IMG/VR virus record: IMGVR_UViG_3300037245_001527
Location: 1-55,310 of that record
DNA from: a virus
Taxonomy: Duplodnaviria; Caudoviricetes
Direction: 5' to 3' (one strand)
DNA length: 55,310 nt
The position numbers were made by a program, and so were the translations under genes. A model generated the notes under the pieces. The model worked only from the letters and a program-made list of their open reading frames with translations, searched no databases and was not told the DNA's origin. Shown here piece by piece: positions 9,535 through 19,978 of this stretch. Positions within the stretch are counted from its first letter, which is position 1, and each line of letters begins with the position of its first letter.

Positions 9535-10577
9535 GAATACCCAAGAGAGAACTGCTACAACTGGCACACACGTTCAACCCCGAAAAGCATGGTGTCGGTG
9601 GCTACTTCGCCAGCGAGAAGCTCGATGGAATGCGGGCATATTGGGACGGCGGCATGAGTCGTGGTAGGCTCAGCGTCGAGATACCATGGGCGAATACCGC
9701 CAAGGACCATCGTCTGGTGGGAGAGGTCAGAGCTACTGGGCTATGGAGTCGGTATGGCAAGGTTATCAGAGCACCTGACTGGTTCCTTGACAAATTGCCG
9801 AATCATGTGCCGCTCGATGGTGAATTATACTTGGGCCCTGGGCTATTCCAGGAGTTGATGTCCATCATCAAGCGACACGACGCCGACAATCGGTGGCACA
9901 AGGTACAGTATCGTGTCTTCGAGATCGTGCCGACCGAACAGTTCCATCTGGCTGGTAGGATTAACAATCCCAACTACTCGACGGACGTGTTCAATGGGAT
10001 GCCGTTTGAGGGTGACCTGGGAGTGCTCACACCGAAGCGATCGTTCGAGCGTCAACTCACTGTGCTCGACGACCTGAGTGCATCGTTTGACTTCGATCAT
10101 CTGCGGGTGGTGTGGCAGGAGAAGCTGCCGATCCAAACGAAGAAGGCAGAGGATCGTATCGCCGAGTTGATGTACGACATCCAAGAGAAGAACGGCGAGG
10201 GACTTATCTTGCGTAAGCCCGAGTCGATCTGGCTCCCACGTCGTACGCAGGATCTTCTCAAGGTCAAGCCTAGCTTTGACTCCGAAGCCGTCGTCCTCGG
10301 CTACGTCTGGGGCAAGGGCAAGCTGGAGAATCTGATGGGTACGCTGGTCGTAGCGTGGCAAAACCAAGAGTTCGAGTTGTCAGGATTCACAAACGTCGAG
10401 CGTGAGTTAGTCTACACGGAAGATCCGTCGGTCTCCGTGTCTGGTGAGCCGAAGTCGGAAGTCAGTGATAAGGTTGCCAGCGAGCATTTCCCCCGTGGGA
10501 GTAAGGTCACGTTCAAGTTCCGTGAACTGTCCGTGGCTGGCATCCCGAAGGAAGCCCGATACCTGAGGCCAGCATGA
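9531..10577 (+). CDS. lig: ATP-dependent DNA ligase
   Basis: SEKLDG (KxDG), LDGELY, EGLILRK, LLKVKP and a C-terminal OB fold. Confidence 0.93.
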   Translation: MRIPKRELLQLAHTFNPEKHGVGGYFASEKLDGMRAYWDGGMSRGRLSVEIPWANTAKDHRLVGEVRATGLWSRYGKVIRAPDWFLDKLPNHVPLDGELYLGPGLFQELMSIIKRHDADNRWHKVQYRVFEIVPTEQFHLAGRINNPNYSTDVFNGMPFEGDLGVLTPKRSFERQLTVLDDLSASFDFDHLRVVWQEKLPIQTKKAEDRIAELMYDIQEKNGEGLILRKPESIWLPRRTQDLLKVKPSFDSEAVVLGYVWGKGKLENLMGTLVVAWQNQEFELSGFTNVERELVYTEDPSVSVSGEPKSEVSDKVASEHFPRGSKVTFKFRELSVAGIPKEARYLRPA

Positions 10578-10861
10578 CACCACTACCAACCAAAAAGTTA
10601 AGGATACCAAAGCGTCGTAAAATATCCGAGTACCATCTTAACCAGATGGTGGCCGCATTCAAGAAGGAAGGGCAACTCAAGCCCATCCTAATTGATACTC
10701 GGCTCGGGGTCGTCGATGGTGCTGCCCGTCTTCTGGCAGCCCGCGAACTTGGATGGAAAACGATACTCACCCGTAAGCTCACCGAAGGCCCAGCTATTGC
10801 TAGGCGTACCAACCAACGTGGTAGTCGGCGAGCCCCAACAACAGCAGGTCACATATCGTGA
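10574..10861 (+). CDS. Stand-alone ParB N-terminal-like (ParB/Srx) domain protein
   Basis: LNQMVAAFKKEGQLKPILID...VVDGAARLLAARELG. Confidence 0.65.
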   Translation: MTPLPTKKLRIPKRRKISEYHLNQMVAAFKKEGQLKPILIDTRLGVVDGAARLLAARELGWKTILTRKLTEGPAIARRTNQRGSRRAPTTAGHIS

Positions 10862-11247
10862 ATGACTTTAGCGATAGAGTTATCGAACGGATCAAGGGGC
10901 GGGCTGCCGCCGGTGTTATTATTGAGTTGGCTATCACGGAGGGACAGGAACTATCACTCCCAGCCCAGGAAGCGTACCGAGAGTTGCTACTCCAGTCGTT
11001 TGGGGAAACTGTGCCGGAACCCGAGACGCCGGCGGACAAGCCAATGGATGACGTCGAAGCGATACGGTACGCCCAGAACACGATGCTACCTAGCGTCACG
11101 TTCCATGGTGGGATCACTGTTGGTCAGATTAACATGGTCGACTTACATCTCTGGGCCGACGCCCAGAGGGAGTTGAAAGAGTTACGTCGTTACCTCACAT
11201 CACAACACGCCAAGATCCGGGAAATAGCAGAGGACCCACATGGCTAA
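10858..11247 (+). CDS. Hypothetical protein
   Basis: 129-aa ORF with a GTGA overlap. Confidence 0.55.
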   Translation: MNDFSDRVIERIKGRAAAGVIIELAITEGQELSLPAQEAYRELLLQSFGETVPEPETPADKPMDDVEAIRYAQNTMLPSVTFHGGITVGQINMVDLHLWADAQRELKELRRYLTSQHAKIREIAEDPHG

Positions 11248-11415
11248 GCCAATGTCGCTCAATGGGTTGATTAGTATCGTCAAAGCTGACGGGCTAGACC
11301 CTGACGCCCCACTGAACTTTCGTATCTTTCAGGGGGACGACGTCGTCAATATGGACATCGACGAAGTGTCGGAAGGAACCGATGATACCATTTGTATTTA
11401 CCTCTCGGAGACAAT

Positions 11416-11637
11416 ATGATCTGTCCTGACTGTGGCGGTGAAGTCGTAGGAACTATCTGTATCATGTGCGGGTTCGACCTGTACGAGGCGGAGTGTGCCG
11501 CCGACTTCTACGACGATTACATTGATGAGCTTACCAAGGGCCCAAAGATTGAGCCGTGCCCGGCTTGTCAGCAATCTCAACAGGCATGTGAAAGAACATG
11601 TGGTCGGGAACAGTGCCCGCACGTTCTCGCCAAGTAG
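11416..11637 (+). CDS. Small Cys-rich zinc-ribbon protein
   Basis: CPDC..CIMC and CPAC..C..C..C; GGAG RBS. Confidence 0.5.
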   Translation: MICPDCGGEVVGTICIMCGFDLYEAECAADFYDDYIDELTKGPKIEPCPACQQSQQACERTCGREQCPHVLAK

Positions 11638-11700
11638 AGTTAATATCTGGTGTTCACTGTCGTACCACTTTTATAAGAATTGAGGTGACCTATTTTTCTC

Positions 11701-13125
11701 ATGATCCAAAATCCTGGTGTCGCTCCCATCGAAGGGTTCACTGTCTTCGGTCTGTCGTCCACACGTAAGGACAACAACGAGCAATTGATCGGCCAGTTTG
11801 GTAGCGGTAACAAACATGCTATCAACCTGCTACTTCGTAAGGGAGCGGCCCCGCACGTCTTCTTGGGCAAGCGGCACCTCCAGTTCTTCGCCAAGCCTGC
11901 CGTCATGCAGGATGAACTCGGCTCGACGGACTACATGACCGTCAACATCAACGACGATGGTAAGATTACCGACCTCGGTTTCGCCCTGGAATATGGCGAG
12001 ATCGATTGGAAGAACCTGAGTATGGCTCTTCGTGAGTTCGTGAGCAATGCCATCGATCGGACCATCCGGGAGTTCAACAGCTACAAGCATGACGACCTCA
12101 TCGTCGAGATGGTCGAGATCCCGGAGGGTAAGGAAGGTGTCACCCGCATCTTCGTCCCGGTTGACACAGACGTGAGCAAGTTTTATGCTGAACTGCCTAT
12201 CCGGTTCCTCCAGTTCAGTGGGTCTGGCAACATTAGCAAGTCGATCATACGGAAGGTGCCGCCGAAAGTGGAGGTGTCGCTCGGCAATCCGGAAGACACT
12301 CGGTCCGGTGAGGGGGATCGACAACCCAGAATCTATCGGAACGGAGTCTACATCCGTCAGCATGGGGAGTTGGGACTGTTCGACTACAACTTCGGGCGTG
12401 ACCTCAAGATCGACGAGTCCCGTAATCTGAGCGACTACCATGTCAGGGAGGCAGCGTTCAAATTGCTGCAGAAATGTGGGTCGGTCGATGACTGGATGCA
12501 CCTGTTTGAGCACATTACCAACAACCCCAAGTCGTCGTTCTTCGAGGCCAACTTCATGTACTACAGTCACCATCCGATCACGGATGAGACGATAGTGCGG
12601 GTCAAGGAGGCATGGCAACGGACAGTTGGTGCTGCCGTTCTGTTGAAGTGTAGCAACCTTATCACGGCCGACTTTGTCCACCGGAAGGGGTATGTTCCTG
12701 TCGGTGTCTGTTCGGAAAGCTGGTTCTCTTTCCTCAACAACTGTGGGGTCAAGACTGACCAGGACATCCTGACCAGTGATGAGCGGGATGGTAAGGTTGT
12801 CAGCGTGAAGACCGTTGATGTCAACGAAGTCTTCGAGTCAGTGTGGGCTCGACTATGGGGGTGTAACCTGATCCCCTTCGGCTGCGAGAAGCCCGAACTC
12901 TGTTGTTTCGATCTGCCCGCAAACGGCGAGACCAAGCTCAATGGCGAGTACAGGAACGGCAAGGTCTACATCCACAAAGATATTGCCGACGGTAAATCGA
13001 AACTACTTTACAAGGTAATGTTGGAAGAGGTTGCCCATCACATCACTGGCTCCGATGATCGTAGCTACGACATCCAGGAGTTCATGGGGTCGGCAGCCGT
13101 AGCATTCGGAGGATTCTGTGACTGA
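11701..13125 (+). CDS. GHKL/HSP90-like ATPase domain protein with a C-terminal EExxH motif
   Basis: IGQFGSG and ALREFVSNAID resemble the HtpG G2 and N boxes; C-terminal LEEVAHH. Confidence 0.6.
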   Translation: MIQNPGVAPIEGFTVFGLSSTRKDNNEQLIGQFGSGNKHAINLLLRKGAAPHVFLGKRHLQFFAKPAVMQDELGSTDYMTVNINDDGKITDLGFALEYGEIDWKNLSMALREFVSNAIDRTIREFNSYKHDDLIVEMVEIPEGKEGVTRIFVPVDTDVSKFYAELPIRFLQFSGSGNISKSIIRKVPPKVEVSLGNPEDTRSGEGDRQPRIYRNGVYIRQHGELGLFDYNFGRDLKIDESRNLSDYHVREAAFKLLQKCGSVDDWMHLFEHITNNPKSSFFEANFMYYSHHPITDETIVRVKEAWQRTVGAAVLLKCSNLITADFVHRKGYVPVGVCSESWFSFLNNCGVKTDQDILTSDERDGKVVSVKTVDVNEVFESVWARLWGCNLIPFGCEKPELCCFDLPANGETKLNGEYRNGKVYIHKDIADGKSKLLYKVMLEEVAHHITGSDDRSYDIQEFMGSAAVAFGGFCD

Positions 13126-13375
13126 GACCAAGATAGGGCCACGCAAGACGATCTACGTGGTTGACCACCCGAGGAATCATACCCTCGTTAGGCTTTTCGT
13201 CGTTCAAGGAGGGAAGATCGAGGAAGTAACGAAGTACGTTGCTAAGATTACCAAGCTCAAGCTGAAAAGGAAATGGCTAGATGCAGGAACCGGAGCCAAT
13301 CCTGGCTGCCGTACAGTTGCGATATTCGCAGCAGTCGCCGGAAGGGAAAGTCAACCCTATCACAACCTCTACTAG
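13118..13375 (+). CDS. Hypothetical basic protein
   Basis: 85-aa ORF; GGAGG RBS. Confidence 0.5.
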   Translation: MTETKIGPRKTIYVVDHPRNHTLVRLFVVQGGKIEEVTKYVAKITKLKLKRKWLDAGTGANPGCRTVAIFAAVAGRESQPYHNLY

Positions 13376-13578
13376 AATCGAAGGAACGTTCCGGTCCAAT
13401 GGACCACTCACTGTGTATACAGTCGGGAACGAGATTATTGGGACCGTGGTCAAGGAAGCCGACAGCCGGTGGAAATGGGCACGGTTAGAATCAGCACGCC
13501 TGCCAGACTGGGATGCCCCTAAGCAGGGGGCAGTCGAGTCCAAGGTCGAGGCACTACTACTATCATCGGGAGAGAAAC

Positions 13579-14646
13579 TTGCGAAAACCGAAGTACCTGA
13601 GTCCGACGAGCATCGACAAATACTTCTCGGACCCCGAAGAGTTCTATCTGATGTACCTAGCGGATGATAGGCCGCCGCGTATGCCACAGACACAACCCAT
13701 GTCTGTTGGTTCGGCGTTCGATGCCCACGTTAAGGCATACTACCATGAACTTCTGTTTGGTAAGGGTACCAATCCGGAGTTCGAGTTCGAGACGATCTTC
13801 GAGGCTCAAGTCGAACCGCACAACCGGGACTGGGCACGACACGCCGGACAACATGCGTTCACCAGTTACAAGACGAGTGGGGCGTGTGTCGACCTGCTTG
13901 TGGAACTCCAGAAGGCGAAGGCCGAGCCGCGTTTCGAGTTCACACTGGAGAAGAGACTGTGGGTTGGCGAGCCGGGCTGTCCGGGGGGTGTCAACATCCT
14001 TGGCAAGCCCGACGTGTACTTCCTCAACTACTGTTCGTGTCCGATCGTCCTCGACTGGAAGGTCAACGGCTACTGTTCCAAGTACAACAAGTCCCCGGCG
14101 AAGGGGTACGTTAGGATTCGGGACGGGTGGACAGGCATGAAGCCAAGTCGAGGTGCTAACTCCGAGCACAAGAACGCCATGGTCGTGAAGGAGAATGGTA
14201 TCAAGATCAACGTGGCTACCACGATGGAGCACGTCGATCTGAAATGGGCACAACAGTTGTCAACCTACGCATGGTTGATGGGTGCCAGAGTTGGTGAACA
14301 GTTCGTGTGTGCCATCGACCAGTTGTGCTGTAAGAAGCACGAGTCGGACATGCACTACATCAACCAAGAAGAGAACTCACCGATGATCGAAGTGCCCAAA
14401 CCCCTGATCCGGGTGGCCCAGCACCGTTGTACGATCTCGCCCGAGTTCCAGGACAAGATCAAGCAGAGGTTCATCCATCTCTGGGCAGTCATCGAGGACG
14501 GCACGCATATCTTCCGTGACTTATCGCTGGAAGAGAGTCAGGAACGATGTGCCGCTCTTGATAAGATGCACATGGCGTTCAAATCAGATCCGGAAACGCT
14601 AGCCGCGGGAACGGAGGACCTATTCAAGGAGTTGATGGGCCGATGA
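13579..14646 (+). CDS. PD-(D/E)xK exonuclease (RecB/Cas4-like)
   Basis: YLSPTSI..., VGSAFD, GKPD..LDWK, QLSTY; probable TTG start after GGGAGA. Confidence 0.75.
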   Translation: MRKPKYLSPTSIDKYFSDPEEFYLMYLADDRPPRMPQTQPMSVGSAFDAHVKAYYHELLFGKGTNPEFEFETIFEAQVEPHNRDWARHAGQHAFTSYKTSGACVDLLVELQKAKAEPRFEFTLEKRLWVGEPGCPGGVNILGKPDVYFLNYCSCPIVLDWKVNGYCSKYNKSPAKGYVRIRDGWTGMKPSRGANSEHKNAMVVKENGIKINVATTMEHVDLKWAQQLSTYAWLMGARVGEQFVCAIDQLCCKKHESDMHYINQEENSPMIEVPKPLIRVAQHRCTISPEFQDKIKQRFIHLWAVIEDGTHIFRDLSLEESQERCAALDKMHMAFKSDPETLAAGTEDLFKELMGR

Positions 14647-14904
14647 GAGAAGGCGACATCTACGAGCCGGCGAGGAGTATGTGGCAGGTGGGGTGGAATT
14701 CGTTCTTCCTTATCCCAGGTATAGAGCCGGAGATTGAGGACCCTTTCGACTGGTGGGAATGGCAAAGTGGTTTTGCTGCTGCCTATGGTCAGTCTACTAC
14801 ACCCGAATGGATGCTTGTATGATCGTGCTCGAAGCTGTTATCGTTTTCGTAGTGTGTTACTTCGTCGCACTTGCGGGGGTGGACCTCTGGAATAGGTACG
14901 TCAA

Positions 14905-15102
14905 ATGAAGTACATCTACATCATAACAAATGGAAGGTCACCACATATCTTCGGTGTGTTCACGGATCTGAGTGAGCTACAGCTATGGATGGTTCAGAGC
15001 AAAAACTTCTCTCGTGATTTGGAAGTGTGGCGGTTTGTTGACGGCAACCCGGATGTTAAGGTTGACAGAATCCAGTGGAATTCTGGGGAGGTTATCGAAT
15101 AG
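14905..15102 (+). CDS. Hypothetical protein
   Basis: 65-aa ORF. Confidence 0.5.
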   Translation: MKYIYIITNGRSPHIFGVFTDLSELQLWMVQSKNFSRDLEVWRFVDGNPDVKVDRIQWNSGEVIE

Positions 15103-15195
15103 TCAGGGCCCAGGGCCCATGTGTGAGGAGTCAATTATAACTCCCACTATGTGAAAATTATCCTGAACACTGGGCCCTGGGCCCTGGAGGAATCA

Positions 15196-15417
15196 ATGGC
15201 GAAGAAGAAACGTGGTCCGGCACCGAAACCCAAGCCCGAACTCCCGTGTCATATCATTGACACATGCTGTGAGGCGGACTTCGTACGGAAGGTGCAAGAG
15301 TATCTCGACAAGGGGTACATCATGTCGTCGTCCCATGCCTGTGTCATCAACGACCAACGGTATGAGTATTGTTCATCTTACCAAGCCATCATGGTTAAGA
15401 GAGAGTTTCACGTATGA
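15196..15417 (+). CDS. Hypothetical protein
   Basis: GGAGG RBS; MAKKKRG...FVRKVQEYLDKGY...YQAIMVK. Confidence 0.55.
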   Translation: MAKKKRGPAPKPKPELPCHIIDTCCEADFVRKVQEYLDKGYIMSSSHACVINDQRYEYCSSYQAIMVKREFHV

Positions 15418-15514
15418 ATAAGTGGACCGATCGAATCTTTCACGCATCACTGATTGCCTTCCTCGCATGTATTGCGGGTCGGGTCATCTATCTCATCATC
15501 GAGAACGTAATACT

Positions 15515-16474
15515 ATGAGCAACCGAACCGAAGCTATCCGACTGGCACTTGGAAGTCTCTGTAAAAAGTACGACGCCCAGGTGGAAACCATCCGTAAGTT
15601 GCGGAAGACCAGTAGTCATGCTTACCACTTGCAGCAGGGTAAGGAGATCACGAAGTGTCATACTCAAATCCTGAAAGAACGGAAGGACCACGCCTACGAG
15701 GTTAGCCTGCTGCACTGCCGACTCTTGGACGAGAAAGCAGGGATTCATCAGTATGTTGGCAAGATTGACAGACTGGAGCAACTGCTGGCAGCCGAGAGAG
15801 GGGCAGCCGACCGGAAGGCCAGTCGGCTCAACGAGTTGTCCACCGAGATCGAGACCAAGAACACCGACATCAAGGACCTGGAAGGTGTTCGCGAGAAGAT
15901 AATCATCTCCCTTGCCAACGAGAGAAGGGGTCGGGAAGTAGAACTTGCTGAGTTGTACGAGTTGAGGGCATGTCACGACAGCCAGGTCTGTACGATCAAG
16001 AGGCTCAAGCGGGAGGGCACTCACCAAGTGTACGAAGCACAGGTCGAACAGATTGCGAATCTTACCAGGTGCCACACGCAATCCAAATCTGAGATCCGTG
16101 CCCTCCGGTCACGAGTCGCCGATCGGAACATGGATCTTGATAAGATGAACAAGCTACGGAAGGATGCCCAAGCTGACATCACTCGGGTAGCTGGCGAACT
16201 CTCGCGGGCACTGACAGCCAAGACCCGGCTGAGTAAGAAATACGATCAGGCCAAGTTCGACTACGACAACCTGAGCACCGAGAAGCGTCGGGTGGACGAC
16301 TGCCATGCACAGCAAGTCCTGACCATCCAACGCTTGACCAGTGAGGCTGCCGATCGGTGTGATCAGCACTCAACCATCACTGACCTGCGTGCTGGCAACC
16401 GGCAACTGGCCGAGATCAATGAGGAATTGTCGAGACGCCTCGGCAGGATTAAGGACACCGCCAATGGTGAGTGA
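15515..16474 (+). CDS. Long coiled-coil protein with internal repeats
   Basis: Heptad-rich; recurring QVxTIxxL units. Confidence 0.7.
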   Translation: MSNRTEAIRLALGSLCKKYDAQVETIRKLRKTSSHAYHLQQGKEITKCHTQILKERKDHAYEVSLLHCRLLDEKAGIHQYVGKIDRLEQLLAAERGAADRKASRLNELSTEIETKNTDIKDLEGVREKIIISLANERRGREVELAELYELRACHDSQVCTIKRLKREGTHQVYEAQVEQIANLTRCHTQSKSEIRALRSRVADRNMDLDKMNKLRKDAQADITRVAGELSRALTAKTRLSKKYDQAKFDYDNLSTEKRRVDDCHAQQVLTIQRLTSEAADRCDQHSTITDLRAGNRQLAEINEELSRRLGRIKDTANGE

Positions 16475-16675
16475 CCCACTCAAACGGGGCGATACGTTCA
16501 TGACTAATCTGGGGCCACGCCGCAATGTGTATGTCAAGGACACTGGGTACTTCCAGAAAGACAACCGACGTTATCTTTGTGTTGTTCTTAACAGAAGGAT
16601 ACAACGCTACTTCGATTCAATGGGCAGGAGTCGTTCCCGCCTCCGTATAGAACTCAAGGTTGTAAAGGTATAAGA

Positions 16676-17668
16676 ATGCAGATCACTGATTTTGTTAACA
16701 AACCCTGGGGTGACAATGGTATCCAGGTCAACACTGCCTGTATGCAAGAGGCGATGCGAGTTGCTGATCTGGACTGGGAGGTCGAGAAGACTCCAGCGTA
16801 CATGATTGCACCCGGTGGGCACACTGGTGTCGAGCAGTACAAACGGGTGAAGGGGGAATACTTCATCCGCCGGAAGGACAATCAGGACGTAGTCCTCGGT
16901 CGATGCGGTAGCAGATGGACACCGCTACAGAACACGAAAGCGTTCGGCTTCTTCCAACAGTTCCTCGACGAACAGCAGGCTCGGCTGCACACGGTCGGCA
17001 CTATCGATGGTGGTAAGAAGGTATGGGTACTGGCCCAGATGAACGGGGAGGCTCACCACATCACACCGACAGGTGACAAGGTTAACAAGTTCATCCTGTT
17101 GGTGAACAGTCATGACGCTAAGACGAGTGTCATCGTCGGATTCATTCCAATCCGGTTCAGTTGTACGAACATGCTTAGCATGTTGGCACGAGATGGGTCA
17201 AGCCAGATCATCCGCATCCGACACACGTCGAGTGTTGCCGATCAGGTTGAACAGTTGGCCCCGATGATGTTGAAGTATCAGGAAGTGTTCGACGATCAGG
17301 TTGAACTCTACCGAATGCTGGCCAACGTCAAGTTCGATATGTCCGAGCTACATGAGTACGTGAAGGAGGTTTTCAAGATCACACCGCCGGAAGGGCAGAC
17401 AGAGCTGACATCCAGGGCAGCCAAGAAACTTGGTACGCTTACCAACTACTGCCTGAATGGGATAGGGCAGGACGATCCATTCTCCAAAGGTACTTGGTGG
17501 GCTGCCTACAACGGTGTCACTCAGTACCTTAACTACGAGTACGGACGCAGTACGAATTCAAGACTGAACGCTCTCTGGTTCGGCGAGGGCCAGCGTACCA
17601 GTCAACGGGCACTCGAAGCTGCCGCCCGTTTCGCCAAGATCGAAGAGCTACTAACCCAAGGAGTCTAA
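16676..17668 (+). CDS. DUF932/DUF945-family phage protein
   Basis: ADLDWEVEK, LQNTKAFGFF, GGKKVWVLA, NSHD, RFSCTN, RHT, GTWWAAYNGVT, LWFG. Confidence 0.85.
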   Translation: MQITDFVNKPWGDNGIQVNTACMQEAMRVADLDWEVEKTPAYMIAPGGHTGVEQYKRVKGEYFIRRKDNQDVVLGRCGSRWTPLQNTKAFGFFQQFLDEQQARLHTVGTIDGGKKVWVLAQMNGEAHHITPTGDKVNKFILLVNSHDAKTSVIVGFIPIRFSCTNMLSMLARDGSSQIIRIRHTSSVADQVEQLAPMMLKYQEVFDDQVELYRMLANVKFDMSELHEYVKEVFKITPPEGQTELTSRAAKKLGTLTNYCLNGIGQDDPFSKGTWWAAYNGVTQYLNYEYGRSTNSRLNALWFGEGQRTSQRALEAAARFAKIEELLTQGV

Positions 17669-17669
17669 G

Positions 17670-17960
17670 TTGTCCAAGCGAACGAAGAGGAAACAGGCTA
17701 AGAACCGGACACGGCAGAAGCACCAGACATCGGGTGCCAAGCTAATCGTGGCGAAGTCAAGGATCGATGGGATCACTGCCCACCTGACTGATGCCCTTAC
17801 CAAGAACAAGAACGCAGTCAACATGAATCGGATACTCCGGGACAGGCTGGAACAGTATCGGGTTGGACAATTTTGCCCGGACTGTAGCCTACTGTGGTAT
17901 AACGTCAAGCTGTCGGCGTGCCCCAACTGTGGTCAAACTGACCTGGAGGAACCAAAGTAA
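17670..17960 (+). CDS. Zinc-ribbon hypothetical protein
   Basis: CPDC...CPNC; AAGGAG RBS. Confidence 0.55.
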   Translation: MSKRTKRKQAKNRTRQKHQTSGAKLIVAKSRIDGITAHLTDALTKNKNAVNMNRILRDRLEQYRVGQFCPDCSLLWYNVKLSACPNCGQTDLEEPK

Positions 17961-18092
17961 GATGTTTCACCATTTGTGCAATGAGTGTGACCACGAGTGG
18001 ACAGACGATGAGGATATGTCCGTATGTCCCGAGTGCAAAAGTCTTGATATGATTACCACTGGGGACGAATTCCGTTCAGAAGGGGGAGCGTA

Positions 18093-18404
18093 GTGAGCGT
18101 TGAACGCCACCACATGATCGTCGTAACGTACTGGAAACAGATCACTCTCGATCTTGCCCACGAAATGGCACACAAGCTACTGTTAAGGCCCACGCCCATC
18201 GTTCCATCGGGACGTGAGGGATGGGGAACATTCTACATCTCACCCGATGGCAGTAAGGAAGGCTGGCCCGAGAGTGAGATGTGGGACGAGAGACGGAACG
18301 AGTTCTGTTCGTTCCTTGAGGAAGAGTGTAAGCCAGTGGACTATGTCCTCTTGGCATACGGAGGCAGTGAGGGACAGTCGCCGACAATCGTTCGTTCACA
18401 ATAG
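18093..18404 (+). CDS. Hypothetical protein
   Basis: 103-aa ORF containing PDGSKEGWPES; GGGGGAG RBS. Confidence 0.65.
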   Translation: MSVERHHMIVVTYWKQITLDLAHEMAHKLLLRPTPIVPSGREGWGTFYISPDGSKEGWPESEMWDERRNEFCSFLEEECKPVDYVLLAYGGSEGQSPTIVRSQ

Positions 18405-18428
18405 TTAAGATTAACAAAGGAGAGTACG

Positions 18429-18998
18429 TTGAGCACTGACGACAGACAAGACGCGTTGGCCAAAAACTTCAAGCGAGCATACGGCAAGGACCCGGTTGGA
18501 AAGGAACCGAGCGACAAGGTGCCGGACATGGGCGTCGGTGAAAACTTCGTTAAGCAATCCGATGCTGTCGCCCACGCCGAAAACCTCAAGCGTATCAACG
18601 AGGGGGAGCCGGCAAAGATCCCGACGCCGGAGGAACTGGCGAAGCAGAGAGAGAAAGCCGAAAGGTTCCGGACGGCGTACGGTGGCGGCAGCGAAGGGAT
18701 CGGGGCGAACGTACGGCAAGAGTTGGGCCGGAAGAAGGAGCAGTTCGACAAGGAGTTCACCCCGCCTGTGATCGAGACGGTCGACGGACCGGAGAAGGAA
18801 GGTGAGCTGTCCCTTGCTAGTGTTGCCAAGCTGTTCCTTCTCAACGACGACAAGATGACGGACTACGCCGAAGAACTTCGGCAGCGGTGCAACTGCGACG
18901 CAAAGCACCCGATCGTTGTCGTCGAAGTGCCCGGCCCCAGGGATGTGAAGCTCATCTGGCGAGGTGAGAGTGGGATCACGGTGATACCCTGTGAGTGA
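18429..18998 (+). CDS. Hypothetical protein
   Basis: 189-aa ORF; AAGGAG RBS. Confidence 0.65.
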   Translation: MSTDDRQDALAKNFKRAYGKDPVGKEPSDKVPDMGVGENFVKQSDAVAHAENLKRINEGEPAKIPTPEELAKQREKAERFRTAYGGGSEGIGANVRQELGRKKEQFDKEFTPPVIETVDGPEKEGELSLASVAKLFLLNDDKMTDYAEELRQRCNCDAKHPIVVVEVPGPRDVKLIWRGESGITVIPCE

Positions 18999-19338
18999 CG
19001 GCAACCTGGAGCATGACCTCAAGAATCTTACCCGGTGTAGCGGGGACTCACCACCAACAATGGGGAAGACGGTAGCGACGAAGAAGCCATACGCCACAGT
19101 ATATACGCCTGATGGGCCAGTTGTATGTGACACCAAGGTCATGTATGATAAGGTTATCGCCCACTGGGACCAGAGACTTACGGCTGGGACCAGGCGAAGT
19201 GCCGTGATCAACACGGTCGAGATACCTGTGACGGAATGGGAGAGGCTGTGTGAGCGGGACACCGTGCTCGATGCGTTAGAGGCAGCCGGTGTCGACAACT
19301 GGGAAGGTTTCGATATTGCTATGGAGAACATCAACTAG
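18991..19338 (+). CDS. Hypothetical protein
   Basis: Ends in LEAAGVDNWEGF, a motif common in small phage proteins. Confidence 0.6.
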   Translation: MSDGNLEHDLKNLTRCSGDSPPTMGKTVATKKPYATVYTPDGPVVCDTKVMYDKVIAHWDQRLTAGTRRSAVINTVEIPVTEWERLCERDTVLDALEAAGVDNWEGFDIAMENIN

Positions 19339-19541
19339 GACGAGGGATCTCTAGGCCCAGGGTCCGTGACTCATAGTTACGCCGAATGGGAATGTTACAC
19401 CATAGAAGATATGTTCAACACTCAGATGGAGGTGCAGTATGAAACGCTAGACCTATTATCGTAAGCCGCTGGCTTTCACCCCACTGTAGATATACGTTCC
19501 TGCTTACCAAGAGGGAGAATCTATAGGCTATTCATAGTATC

Positions 19542-19584
19542 GGCCCGGACCCAGGGGTCAAATCCCCTGGGCCCTGGGCCTTTT
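19542..19584 (+). terminator. Intrinsic terminator
   Basis: GGCCCGGACCCAGGGG-TCAAAT-CCCCTGGGCCCTGGGCC followed by TTTT. Confidence 0.7.
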
Positions 19585-19663
19585 ATAGGAGAATCATGCT
19601 CAAACCGCGACGAAAAAATTTCGGCAAAAGAATGGGAAGATTACCAATGCGGCCTGTCCATAA

Positions 19664-19978
19664 GTGGATAGCCTGGCTCAGAGAAATGAAAAGGAAGATC
19701 AAGTGAAAGCACCCGAACAACTGCTAGGCGAGGCCATCCGTGAACTCAAAGAGGCACCGTCCAAGGAATGGATCAAAGGGTTCGATGCCGGGTATGCTGC
19801 CGCTATCAAGGTCATTGATGAACTGACGAAAACCCAAGGGCGTACGGTGAGACTTAGCAAGGATGTGCGGGAGAAAATCTCAGCAGTGGCAAAGACTCTT
19901 CACCATCTTGAGGATACTATCCACGATTTCACCCGCCCAGTGCGTCACTCCATACTGGAGGATGATCTGAAATCATGA
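19664..19978 (+). CDS. Hypothetical protein
   Basis: 104-aa ORF; true start uncertain. Confidence 0.55.
   Translation: MDSLAQRNEKEDQVKAPEQLLGEAIRELKEAPSKEWIKGFDAGYAAAIKVIDELTKTQGRTVRLSKDVREKISAVAKTLHHLEDTIHDFTRPVRHSILEDDLKS

Noticed and set aside
13281-13667. 128-aa ORF overlapping both neighbours
   Set aside because: The central part looks protein-like, but no clean start or RBS could be assigned and it overlaps the exonuclease, so it was left uncalled.
19339-19541. tRNA or tmRNA in the intergenic gap
   Set aside because: No cloverleaf, T-loop/CCA arrangement or tag ending in LAA could be built; it holds only a possible 32-aa ORF.
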